Shown: one piece after another, positions 1 to 9,227 of the stretch | Numbering within the stretch: the first letter of the stretch is position 1 | Layout of the letters: every line of letters starts with the position of its first letter | Origin: an uncultured bacterium | GTDB lineage: Bacteria > Patescibacteriota > Minisyncoccia > Phycocordibacterales > PALSA-1337 | DNA: 57,356 nt | Direction: 5' to 3' | Assembly (NCBI GenBank): GCA_903839725.1 | Contig: CAIMDG010000001.1 | Span: 301,315-358,670 of the forward strand | Made by a program: the position numbers and the translations under genes | The notes under the pieces: generated by a model | Seen by the model: the letters and a program-made list of their open reading frames with translations, nothing else | Database searches by the model: none | What the model was told of the DNA's origin: nothing

Positions 1-1
1 A

Positions 2-367
2 TGCAAGAACATAAAAAATCCTGCACATAGTTATTATTTCTTACCTGGAGGACATGTTGAGCAAGGAGAATCACCTGAAAAAGCTCTCGAACGAGAAGTG
101 CATGAAGAAATTGGACGAGAAATTCTTGCAATCAAGAAAATAGTCGAATTTGAAAATGTATTTGAAGAAGATGGTAAAACATACGATGAATACACGTATG
201 TGTATCTCACTACATTAAAAGACTACAAAAATATAGAAGGGTTAGAGGGTCACCTTGCTTTTGAATGGATTCCGCTGAACATAGTGATGAATATTGATTT
301 CAAGCCAGAAGAAGCTAGAGCAAATATTATCAAAAGTATAGAAGAAAATATAGAATTCTGGTCATAA
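2..367 (+). CDS. Nudix hydrolase (5' truncated by window edge)
   Basis: Frame is open from base 2: YFLPGGHVEQGESPEKALEREVHEEIG is a complete Nudix box (Gx5Ex7REUxEExG). Confidence 0.9.
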   Translation, partial: CKNIKNPAHSYYFLPGGHVEQGESPEKALEREVHEEIGREILAIKKIVEFENVFEEDGKTYDEYTYVYLTTLKDYKNIEGLEGHLAFEWIPLNIVMNIDFKPEEARANIIKSIEENIEFWS

Positions 368-377
368 TACATATTCC

Positions 378-770
378 ATGACTACCCCTCAACACATAAT
401 GAACGGTTATCTCGCAATTATACTTACACCAGAGTCTCAGAAGGTACTCCTCAACAAGTTCCCTCCTTTGTATCCCAAAGTATTTGCCCATCACATCACT
501 GTCGCTTTCAAACCAACGACTGAAGTATACGATCAATACAAATCATATATTGGCTCGCTGGTAACACTCAGCGTGTACGGATATGCGCACGATGAAAAAT
601 GTGAAGCTGTCGTAGTAAAAACAGATGTATTAAAAAACACAGAAAGTCACATTACCATAAGCACTAATGGTGTTGCCCCTGTGTACAGTAAAACCCTATT
701 ACAAAAAGGCTTTACTACTATTACCGAACCCTTCACGCTCAATGCGAAATTCGAATGGATCCAGCACTAA
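378..770 (+). CDS. 2H phosphoesterase-family protein (tRNA-ligase cyclic phosphodiesterase-like)
   Basis: Two HxT motifs (HITVAF, HITIS) about 50 aa apart in a 130 aa protein. Confidence 0.7.
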   Translation: MTTPQHIMNGYLAIILTPESQKVLLNKFPPLYPKVFAHHITVAFKPTTEVYDQYKSYIGSLVTLSVYGYAHDEKCEAVVVKTDVLKNTESHITISTNGVAPVYSKTLLQKGFTTITEPFTLNAKFEWIQH

Positions 771-862
771 TGCCCTACAAAAATTGATCTATAATAACGC
801 ACCTTTTGTACCGTAGAACTCGTACTAAGACAACACCTTACAATTCATATATACTTATACCT

Positions 863-1285
863 ATGCAAAAAACTATTTCATTTTTAGAGACATATGCTGG
901 CGTCGTGCTTCGTTATGGTATGTCCGCAGTCATACTCTGGTTTAGCTTTCAACAATTCATGCACAATAGTGTGTGGACAGCCTATGTACCAGATTCCGCA
1001 GTAGCACTAACACATCTCGAGGCTTCAGCACTCGTCTTCTTGAATGCCCTATTTGAGCTTATATTCGGCTTAGCACTCGTATTCGGCTATCAGGTACGTA
1101 TAGTGGCTCTTCTTCTTGCACTTCACTTATTCGGCATCATGTGGAGTCTTGGATATGGAGAAATAGGAACACGAGACTTTGGGCTCGCAGTTGCCATTCT
1201 TGTTGTGTCCATGAATGGTCCGGACGCTCTATGTATCCAATCAAAAAAGAGACTATCTACTATCAATGCCGACAATTCACTATAA
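863..1285 (+). CDS. DoxX-family membrane protein
   Basis: VLRYGMSAVILWF, ELIFGLALVFG and RDFGL motifs; about 4 hydrophobic segments; ATG at 863. Confidence 0.75.
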   Translation: MQKTISFLETYAGVVLRYGMSAVILWFSFQQFMHNSVWTAYVPDSAVALTHLEASALVFLNALFELIFGLALVFGYQVRIVALLLALHLFGIMWSLGYGEIGTRDFGLAVAILVVSMNGPDALCIQSKKRLSTINADNSL

Positions 1286-1299
1286 ATAACATCAAATCC

Positions 1300-1914
1300 A
1301 TGCAACCAATTAATTCACTCAAAAAAATAGGAATCCTTATCGGTGCACTCACCGTTGGGGCCGTAGGTACAGTTACCTTTGTCTCTGAGAAGCAAACTCC
1401 TGCGCCTATTCTCGCAAATAATACAACCTCAACAACTTCTTTAAAAACAACCACAAAGATACCAACCACTACCGGCACACCAGCTACTACTTCGAAAAAA
1501 TCTGTGTGGAATTATTTTAGTGACGATGAAGAAGGTGACGATGAAGGTTCTTCACGTACTCCCGCTGCCCCAACGACACCTCCACCAGCAGCTACTATTC
1601 CCAAAAATTACGTTGCTATATTCAAAAATGGCACCTATACAGCCAATGGTGTCTACAATTCTCCTGGCGGCCAAGACGAAATAGCAGTTACTGTAACACT
1701 CGCCAACGATATTATTACTGACGCTACAGTTACTTCAGTTCGTGCCGATCGTACGTCACTCCGCTATCAAGATAAATTTATTGCAGGGTACAAACAATAC
1801 GTTGTTGGCCAAAATATAAACTCAGTCAATCTCACTGTTGTTTCTGGTTCATCTCTTACCCCAGAAGGTTTCAACGCTGCTCTCGCAAAGATAAAAGCTC
1901 AAGCAAAAGTATAA
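1300..1914 (+). CDS. Membrane-anchored FMN-binding (flavinylation substrate) protein
   Basis: N-terminal hydrophobic anchor, Thr/Pro linker, C-terminal NGTYTANGVY...VSGSSLT...FNAAL FMN_bind-like domain; adjacent to ApbE. Confidence 0.8.
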   Translation: MQPINSLKKIGILIGALTVGAVGTVTFVSEKQTPAPILANNTTSTTSLKTTTKIPTTTGTPATTSKKSVWNYFSDDEEGDDEGSSRTPAAPTTPPPAATIPKNYVAIFKNGTYTANGVYNSPGGQDEIAVTVTLANDIITDATVTSVRADRTSLRYQDKFIAGYKQYVVGQNINSVNLTVVSGSSLTPEGFNAALAKIKAQAKV

Positions 1915-1944
1915 TTACAGATACACGCTGACCAACTCATTTCT

Positions 1945-2814
1945 ATGGCACAATTCACATTCAAAGCCATAGGTACTTCATGGCAAATAGATATATACCA
2001 AAAACTTGATACACATCAAGAAACTAACATACTTTCGAAGATACAAAATCGAATTGACCTATTTGATGTAGCGTATTCAAGATTCAGAACTGATTCACTT
2101 GTCACTCAGATTTCGAAAGAAGCAGGTGACTTCACATTTCCCGATGATGCTCAGGAACTATTCAAAGTATATCAAGATCTATACACGCGAACTGGCGGAT
2201 TGTTCACGCCGCTCATAGGACAAGTATTGTCTGATGCGGGATACGATGCACATTATTCTTTGAAACCTCGTGAACATATATCTGTGCCTCCACCACTCGA
2301 AGACGTTCTCACGTATCACTACCCTACTCTGTCAGTACAAAAACCAGTGTTGCTTGATTTTGGGGCTGCTGGAAAAGGATATCTCATCGATCTTGTTGCA
2401 AAAGTACTAGATGAACAAGGTATTACTGCGTACTGCATCAATGCAGGTGGCGACATACTCCACAAAGGTTCAGAATCAATCCGTGTTGGTCTCGAAGATC
2501 CTCAAGATAGCAAACACATTATCGGTATTCACACACTCGGAAATGGCAGTATCTGCGGGTCCGCAGGAAATCGTCGAGCATGGGGTAGATTCAATCATAT
2601 TATAAATCCCAAAACAGGCACATCTCCGACGAATATTATTGCAGTATGGGTTATGGCTGATAGTGCACTCATTGCAGATGCGCTGACAACTTGTCTCTTC
2701 TTCGTGCCCGCAGATACTTTGCGTAAAGCGTATCACTTTGAATACGTACTTGTGAGAGATGATCGATCGGTTGAAGTGTCAAAACATTTCTCTGGAGAGA
2801 TATTTCGCGTATAA
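1945..2814 (+). CDS. apbE: FAD:protein FMN transferase
   Basis: AIGT, YSRFRTDS, LDFGAAGKGY, INAGGDI, HIINPKTG and ADALTT motifs. Confidence 0.92.
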   Translation: MAQFTFKAIGTSWQIDIYQKLDTHQETNILSKIQNRIDLFDVAYSRFRTDSLVTQISKEAGDFTFPDDAQELFKVYQDLYTRTGGLFTPLIGQVLSDAGYDAHYSLKPREHISVPPPLEDVLTYHYPTLSVQKPVLLDFGAAGKGYLIDLVAKVLDEQGITAYCINAGGDILHKGSESIRVGLEDPQDSKHIIGIHTLGNGSICGSAGNRRAWGRFNHIINPKTGTSPTNIIAVWVMADSALIADALTTCLFFVPADTLRKAYHFEYVLVRDDRSVEVSKHFSGEIFRV

Positions 2815-2821
2815 TCAAAAT

Positions 2822-4003
2822 ATGACCAAAGAAAAACTAATTATCGTCTTTACTGTACTTATTGATGTTATCGGACTCGGTATCATTATTCCGGTTATGC
2901 CGACATACGTACACTCATTCGGTGCAAGTCCGAGTGTGATAACACTTCTCTTTTCAGTATTTGCACTCTTTTCATTCTTGAGCGCACCATTACTCGGTGC
3001 ATTGTCCGACAAGATCGGACGAAGACCTATCTTACTTGTCAGTATTCTTAGTTCATCTATTGGTTGGTTCATCTTCGCTTGGGCACCTTCACTCCTCTTT
3101 TTATTCATTGGACGCATCGTAGATGGTTTGGCTGCAGGAAATTTCTCAACAGCTCAAAGTGCAATATCAGATCTTGCAAAAGACCAAAAAGAACGTACGG
3201 CAAATCTCGGACTCACCGGGGCAATATTTGGTATAGGATTCTTGCTCGGTCCACTACTCGGAGGAATCTTGAGCAAAGTGTCTCCTGCATTTCCTTTCTG
3301 GTTTGTTGGTTGCTTGGCACTAGCCAATGTTATTCTTGCTTATTTCTTCTTACCTGAAACAAATACAAACCTCCACCCAGAAAAAGAAATACACTGGAAC
3401 CCGCTCAAGCCAATTATGGAGGGATTCAAAGAAATAAAACTACGAAAGCTCTATGTCACGTGGTTTATGTTCAATGCTATCGCAGTAGGAACCAACTCCA
3501 TCTTCGCCCTGTATCTTCTTAAAGCTTTCAATTATGGTGCATACGAAAGTGGTCTCTTCTTTACTGGTGTCGGAATTGTTATTGCATTCAACCAAGGTTT
3601 TGCTTTGAAGAAATTCTGGCTCAAATATTTCACCGAAAAAAAGCTCATTATTATCATGCTTGCTTCATTTGCAATAGGATTTGCATGTATGGCATATCCG
3701 ACACTCTGGTTCTTCATTATTGGACTTGTTTTCGCCGCCTTTGGTCAATCTGTCTTACGTGTCGCAATTACCAGTGAAGTTCTCGGTGAATCTGACGAAC
3801 GTTCTCGTGGTCAAGCAACTGGAGTTCTCTCAGCTATCCAAAATAGCGCCAGTATCGTAGCTCCTCTTATTGCTGGTTATCTTTTTGAATTCAAGGATAC
3901 CCTACCCTATATGGCGGCAGGAATCATCAGTATTGCTACTATCATCTATATATCAAATAGAAAATTTGCGAAAATTTCACCGGTAACACCAGATTCTATC
4001 TAA
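2822..4003 (+). CDS. MFS transporter, TetA/DHA1-like efflux family
   Basis: Motif A GALSDKIGRRP, GRIVDG, GFLLGPLLGG; about 12 TM segments. Confidence 0.9.
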   Translation: MTKEKLIIVFTVLIDVIGLGIIIPVMPTYVHSFGASPSVITLLFSVFALFSFLSAPLLGALSDKIGRRPILLVSILSSSIGWFIFAWAPSLLFLFIGRIVDGLAAGNFSTAQSAISDLAKDQKERTANLGLTGAIFGIGFLLGPLLGGILSKVSPAFPFWFVGCLALANVILAYFFLPETNTNLHPEKEIHWNPLKPIMEGFKEIKLRKLYVTWFMFNAIAVGTNSIFALYLLKAFNYGAYESGLFFTGVGIVIAFNQGFALKKFWLKYFTEKKLIIIMLASFAIGFACMAYPTLWFFIIGLVFAAFGQSVLRVAITSEVLGESDERSRGQATGVLSAIQNSASIVAPLIAGYLFEFKDTLPYMAAGIISIATIIYISNRKFAKISPVTPDSI

Positions 4004-4929
4004 TCAAATAGATTCACAAGATACGCATCAATTGTTCTTTGATCCCAATCATAGAAATTCTGATTGGCATTATGAAGATCAGTAGCCAACTTCACTCCAA
4101 CAAATCTCCAGTGCCATGGTTCGAAGACATAATAGGAATTACTCTTTGGATATGAAAGTATAAATCCATACCTATATGCATTTGCAATTAACCAATTATA
4201 TGAAGCCGTAGCGTCAAAACCATCGAGCTGACCACCAAGACCAGATGTAATAAAATCAACTGCAGTACCTAATTGGTGTTCAGAATATCCTTGATCAGCT
4301 GAGAATGAATTTGCAGTACCTGAACCGTATATAACTTTATATTGACCCTTGAGAGCACTCTGTTCACTAAATGAGCGGTATGCGGAAAAAACAAATATCT
4401 TCACATTGGCAGCAAGTGCATCATCGAGCATGCGCTTCATATACGGCCAAACTTGAGTACTCAACTGTGGATGCTTGAGATCACTATACTTATAATCACT
4501 CGGAATTTCGACAAGTTCTGCGGGTGCATAATTTTCATTCAAGAAAAATACTTTTGAATACTTCTCAAGGAGCTGTGGATCAGTCTTGCTCAACTTTTGT
4601 AATGTATTCAATGTGCCCGACAAATTCCCCACTTGCTGCTGATAATCTCCAAGTTTGTTTTGAATATCACCAACATTTTGTTGAATATTCGTTGCAAGAT
4701 TTTTTTGTGTTTGAATTAAATTATTTTGAAAATTTTGAGATGTTGAAGCTAAGTTTGACTGGAGAGCTACGATTTGACCAGAGAGATCCTGGAAACGATG
4801 ATATCCATACCAACTTATATAGCCAATACTTATTGCAAGAATAAGAAAACCACCAATAGCGAACCAGTGTACATGGCTCAGCTTCTTCACAAATTCATGC
4901 ACCTCTTTTTTTTGTATTTTAATATCCAT
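4000..4929 (-). CDS. M15B (VanY-like) D,D-carboxypeptidase with N-terminal TM and coiled coil
   Basis: SAYRSFSEQ, SEHQLGTAVD, EPWHWRFVG motifs. Confidence 0.9.
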   Translation of the reverse strand: MDIKIQKKEVHEFVKKLSHVHWFAIGGFLILAISIGYISWYGYHRFQDLSGQIVALQSNLASTSQNFQNNLIQTQKNLATNIQQNVGDIQNKLGDYQQQVGNLSGTLNTLQKLSKTDPQLLEKYSKVFFLNENYAPAELVEIPSDYKYSDLKHPQLSTQVWPYMKRMLDDALAANVKIFVFSAYRSFSEQSALKGQYKVIYGSGTANSFSADQGYSEHQLGTAVDFITSGLGGQLDGFDATASYNWLIANAYRYGFILSYPKSNSYYVFEPWHWRFVGVKLATDLHNANQNFYDWDQRTIDAYLVNLFD

Positions 4930-4994
4930 AGTCTCATTCTACCACACTCAGATTTTGTGTATAAAGACACCTTTCTGTACAGAAAGGTGATTAA

Positions 4995-6011
4995 CTATGA
5001 GCAAATACGTATCACCGCCAATTCAAGAGGTAGAATCTCTATTTGCGCACGAGAGATCTGACCAACTGCTTCAAGTAAGACAATCAACGTACTGGGAGTA
5101 AGTCCTTTTTTTGCAGCTTCAAGTTCAATATATTTCATATCATCTTCTGACACGCGTTCACTCAAATATTTTTTTGAACTTGCAGAAAATTGGAGCAATA
5201 GAATAAAACGCATCTTTTCAAGCATTAAAGCTGAAAATACCGTCATAGAAATACCCGACTTCTCTATCTGAGCAAGAACATCAAGAGCTCCGTCGGCATT
5301 CTTGGCTATAACATGCTGAATAAATGAATTAATAAGAGTAGCTTTTGGCGCACCAGTGATAGTCTCAACTTCGGCACGACTAAGTTTCTTGTCCTTTGAT
5401 GATGAAATTACTTTTTCGAGCATGCCAAGAGCGTCACGGAATGAACCATCACCGAGAAGCGCAATGAGATCTGCTCCATCAACATCTAGTGTGTACCCTT
5501 CCTTTTTTGCAATAGAAGCAATATGGGTTCGAACGACTTCACGTGAAGGTCGTTTGAATGAAAATGTCTGACAGCGAGAAACAATCGTATCAGGAACTTT
5601 GTTGAGTTCCGTCGTCGCAAGAATAAAAATAACATGTTTTGGTGGTTCCTCGAGAGTCTTCAGGAGTGCATTCCATGCATCTTTTGACAACATATGAACT
5701 TCGTCGATGATATACACCTTATACGGTGATGAAAATGGCGACACTGAAACGTGTTCACGCAATTCACGGATATCATCAATACCACGATTTGATGCTGCAT
5801 CTATTTCGTATATATCTTCATCTGCTGTTCCAAGTGCTTTTGCAAGAATGCGTGCAATACTTGTTTTACCAGTTCCCCGACTACCAGAAAAGAGATATGC
5901 GTGAGAAATACGCTTCAATTTGATAGTTTCTTTCAAAACATCAACGATAGCTTCTTGTCCAACTACATCATTCCATGAAGCGGGTCGATATGTGCGGTAG
6001 AGTACGGTCAT
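4995..6011 (-). CDS. dnaX: DNA polymerase III subunit gamma/tau (short form)
   Basis: LYRTYRP, GSRGTGKT, EIDAASNRG, IIDEVHMLS, ALLKTLEEPP, SRC. Confidence 0.95.
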   Translation of the reverse strand: MTVLYRTYRPASWNDVVGQEAIVDVLKETIKLKRISHAYLFSGSRGTGKTSIARILAKALGTADEDIYEIDAASNRGIDDIRELREHVSVSPFSSPYKVYIIDEVHMLSKDAWNALLKTLEEPPKHVIFILATTELNKVPDTIVSRCQTFSFKRPSREVVRTHIASIAKKEGYTLDVDGADLIALLGDGSFRDALGMLEKVISSSKDKKLSRAEVETITGAPKATLINSFIQHVIAKNADGALDVLAQIEKSGISMTVFSALMLEKMRFILLLQFSASSKKYLSERVSEDDMKYIELEAAKKGLTPSTLIVLLEAVGQISRAQIEILPLELAVIRICS

Positions 6012-6052
6012 GAGGATAGTTTACAGTGAAAAATTGAAAATGAAAAGTTGTT

Positions 6053-6071
6053 GACAAGGCCTACCCTTGTC
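6053..6071. repeat. 15-mer REP-like palindrome CAAGGCCTACCCTTG (copy 1; overlaps dus stop codon)
   Basis: Identical 15-mer also at 20310-20324 and 43252-43266, reverse-complemented at 37341-37355 and 43307-43321. Confidence 0.75.
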
Positions 6072-7122
6072 GAAGCTTGAGATACGTTTTAACTATAGTT
6101 TCAACTTCTGTCACATTATTTGTCTCCATAAGTTGTGCGCGTAATTCTTTTGCATTATCCCACCCAGACACATATGCTTTAAAATGCTTCTTCATAACTG
6201 CAAAATTTTTTATATGCTTACCTGTCTTGTTCGATATGAATGTTTTACTAAACAGCTTCGTATGTCCAAGTAATACCTTCAGACGGAATTCAGGAGTTTT
6301 CTCATCAGTAGCAAAAGTACGTTTATATTTGAGATTTAATCTTTGATTTTTAAGATTCTCAAAGAACCATGGTTTGCCAAAAATACCACGACCAATCATC
6401 GCCCCATCACACCCAGATTCCAACACTTTCTTTTGTGCATCCTCGATTGATACCACATCACCATTCCCGATAATCAAAGTTTCCGGACTAATTTTATTTC
6501 TCAAAGCAACAATCTGCGGCATAATTTCCCAATGTGCCGGAACATCTGACATTTCTTTTCTAGTTCGAAGATGAACCGTGAGTACAGGAAGTCTTTGCGC
6601 CAGCAATAATTCAATCCATCCGAGATCGAGCTTATTGTATCCGATGCGCGTTTTGACTGATACAGGAATCTTTGGGGCACCAGCACGAGCAGCTTCAAGG
6701 ACTTGCAGTGCATTCAAAGGATCTTTCATACTGGCCGCTCCTCCTCCTTGTTTTTCAACAGCACGGTCAGGACAGCCCATGTTGATATCTAGACCATCAA
6801 AACCAAGCTTGGCCACCACAGCAGCAGCCTTCTTCATTGCCACAGGATGTCCTGTGAATAATTGTGCAACAACAGGACGTTCCTTTTCAGAATACACAAG
6901 ATCATGAAGAAGATTTTTTCTACCAGGTGAAATGAGTCCGTCAGCAGAAACGAATTCTGTCCACGTAACATCTGGTTTACCATATTTCGCAAACATCGCA
7001 CGGAATACAGAATCAGTCACATTTGCCATAGGAGCGAGCACAAAAAATGGCTTTGGGAGAGATTCCCAGAATGTAGTAGGCTTTGATACTGGCTTCTTTT
7101 TAGTTGGTTTCTTGGTAACCAT
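6061..7122 (-). CDS. dus: tRNA-dihydrouridine synthase
   Basis: LAPMANVTD, TEFVSA, DINMGCP, SVKTRIG, GNGDV, MIGRG. Confidence 0.93.
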   Translation of the reverse strand: MVTKKPTKKKPVSKPTTFWESLPKPFFVLAPMANVTDSVFRAMFAKYGKPDVTWTEFVSADGLISPGRKNLLHDLVYSEKERPVVAQLFTGHPVAMKKAAAVVAKLGFDGLDINMGCPDRAVEKQGGGAASMKDPLNALQVLEAARAGAPKIPVSVKTRIGYNKLDLGWIELLLAQRLPVLTVHLRTRKEMSDVPAHWEIMPQIVALRNKISPETLIIGNGDVVSIEDAQKKVLESGCDGAMIGRGIFGKPWFFENLKNQRLNLKYKRTFATDEKTPEFRLKVLLGHTKLFSKTFISNKTGKHIKNFAVMKKHFKAYVSGWDNAKELRAQLMETNNVTEVETIVKTYLKLRQG

Positions 7123-7159
7123 ATGTACCCGAATGTATCACGAAGTATGTACAAAGTAA

Positions 7160-7298
7160 AAATCAAATCACAAATATCAAGTTCCAAATAAACACCAATC
7201 CAAAAAATTCAAACCATTAATACTAACAATTTGATTGAGCAATTGAAATTTGATTATTGTAATTTATTTGGAACTTGATATTTGTAATTTGGAATTTA
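7160..7298. repeat. Inverted repeat built from degenerate ~7-nt units
   Basis: acaaatatcaagttccaaataaa (7170-7192) pairs perfectly with tttatttggaacttgatatttgt (7263-7285). Confidence 0.8.
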
Positions 7299-7303
7299 TA
7301 CAA

Positions 7304-8269
7304 CTACTTAACTTTCTCTAACAACTTGATCATGTCCGAATCTCGTGCCCCACTTCCTAAAATAATAACCGCATATATGTCCTTACTTGCACCAACGGCA
7401 AATAATTGTACCGCTGTTCTATTTGCCTCTGTCGTATATCCATTCTTGCCTCCTCTATAATTTGACCAACTCAAGAAATGTGTTGGGTTCGTAAATGTAT
7501 GAGAACGAATAGTTTTTGATTTGAGTTGTGTTATTGAAATAATCTCAGGATCACTTGTTCGTATCCATTCAAGGATAGTTGCAAGATCATTTGCAGTAGA
7601 AACATTTTGCCCATCAAGGCCAGAAGGATCCTTGAATGAAGTTCGATATGCTCCTATAGACTGTGTGAAATCATTCATGGCCTGAATAAACTTTTTTCGT
7701 ACAAAAAATTGAGCATAGGCTTCAGCGGCATCATTGGATGAAGCCATAAGTAACGGATACAACATATCCCTTGCAGTGAATGTTTCTCCGACCCTGAATC
7801 CAGCAGTATTACCATATGTCGACAACACTTCACGATTCAGAGTTATGTGTGCAGTAGGATCAATTAATTTACGTGCGACAATTGCTGTCACTAATTTTGT
7901 CACAGAAGCTATCGGTAATACTGTGTCAGTATTATATTGAACTGCCACAGTGTTTCTGGTGAGATTTTTAACTAGATATGCCAACGAAGTAATCTTTCCA
8001 TCAGCACCACGAGGAAGTGCTTGCGCCGCAGCATCGAGAATATCCTCTTCCTCAAGCGCAGTATAGCGAATTGTGCGAGTGAATCCAGAAATAGAAGTTC
8101 CATCATCCGGACTTACAAATGCCGTTTTGACCTCAGACAACGTTGTTGACGCTGTGTGTATGATGTATGGTCGAACTGCATGCCACGTGAACGATATAAG
8201 ATACGCACATATAACTCCACACACTATTGCTGCAAGTCCACCGAAAAGCGTATAGAAGAAATGCTTCAT
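7304..8269 (-). CDS. D-Ala-D-Ala carboxypeptidase (peptidase S11)
   Basis: ASVTK (SxxK), SSNDAA (SxN), KNG (KTG variant), DPSGL. Confidence 0.88.
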   Translation of the reverse strand: MKHFFYTLFGGLAAIVCGVICAYLISFTWHAVRPYIIHTASTTLSEVKTAFVSPDDGTSISGFTRTIRYTALEEEDILDAAAQALPRGADGKITSLAYLVKNLTRNTVAVQYNTDTVLPIASVTKLVTAIVARKLIDPTAHITLNREVLSTYGNTAGFRVGETFTARDMLYPLLMASSNDAAEAYAQFFVRKKFIQAMNDFTQSIGAYRTSFKDPSGLDGQNVSTANDLATILEWIRTSDPEIISITQLKSKTIRSHTFTNPTHFLSWSNYRGGKNGYTTEANRTAVQLFAVGASKDIYAVIILGSGARDSDMIKLLEKVK

Positions 8270-8270
8270 G

Positions 8271-9194
8271 CTATTTGATCAATCGATAAAATACATTTGA
8301 CCCATATCTAATATCAAGGTATTCAAAACGTGCATGTACTTTTTTTATTGCAGAGTCAGAAGACATGCGTCCCCAAAATGAAAGTAAATTACTCAATTGG
8401 ACATCAAAGGGGCGTGCATTATTGAAATATATAACCGCCATATTGTTTGTTGATGTTGTTCCTGTAGAGGGACCTTTTTGATGTATATACAATTCGTATT
8501 CCCCACCAGCTTTAATCAAAAGTGCCTGAGGATCCATTTCTGCAGATTTGATTGATTCATACAAATTTTGCAAAGACATAAACTCAGTTGTTGATGTGGC
8601 CATGTACCCGAGCCCATCAATATCAGTGGATGTTGAAAGATCCAATACATCAGGAACATAGTATCGATTATAAATCTGCCCAGACATAGATGCTGACTTT
8701 TTGAACATATATCCCGTATGGTCAGTGAGATAACAGGAATCTGAATCTGTATTCAATGTATCACCATCCCAATCAGGCAATGTAGTACAAGCAATTGCTA
8801 CTGGTACTTTATTATTTACTGAAATAATAAGAGAGTGCCACCCGTCACGACGGATCGTCACCTGTAGAATGCGTGTCGAAGTAGAAATTATTGCTGCCAC
8901 CAAAGAATCATGTGGATATATGAGTGAACTTCGATGCGAGAATAATCCCATGTATGAACCGTCGAGTGTTTGATCGGCTATAGTATGTAGTGATGAAACA
9001 GTATCTTCATCAGCGCCAAATATCTGCACTGTATCAATATGGAATACATTCGCATTGATACTTTTGACTATTCCAAATACAACAATACAAATCAGTACTA
9101 TACTCACGCCACATATCAGAAGCAAACGAGTATGACGGGTACGCGTGAATGATTTTGATTGATGGGATAATTTAGAACGTCGAGGAATATCCAT
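8271..9194 (-). CDS. FtsQ/DivIB-like cell division protein
   Basis: Basic N-terminus, single TM, POTRA-like segment, C-terminal EYLDIRYGSNVFY. Confidence 0.6.
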   Translation of the reverse strand: MDIPRRSKLSHQSKSFTRTRHTRLLLICGVSIVLICIVVFGIVKSINANVFHIDTVQIFGADEDTVSSLHTIADQTLDGSYMGLFSHRSSLIYPHDSLVAAIISTSTRILQVTIRRDGWHSLIISVNNKVPVAIACTTLPDWDGDTLNTDSDSCYLTDHTGYMFKKSASMSGQIYNRYYVPDVLDLSTSTDIDGLGYMATSTTEFMSLQNLYESIKSAEMDPQALLIKAGGEYELYIHQKGPSTGTTSTNNMAVIYFNNARPFDVQLSNLLSFWGRMSSDSAIKKVHARFEYLDIRYGSNVFYRLIK

Positions 9195-9227
9195 AAATGA
9201 AAGGTGCGAACTAAAAATCTAAACAAG

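Noticed and set aside
2822-4929. Acquired antibiotic resistance (tetA, vanY)
   Set aside because: Generic DHA1 MFS and M15B peptidase with host-like composition and no van cluster, TetR or mobile context
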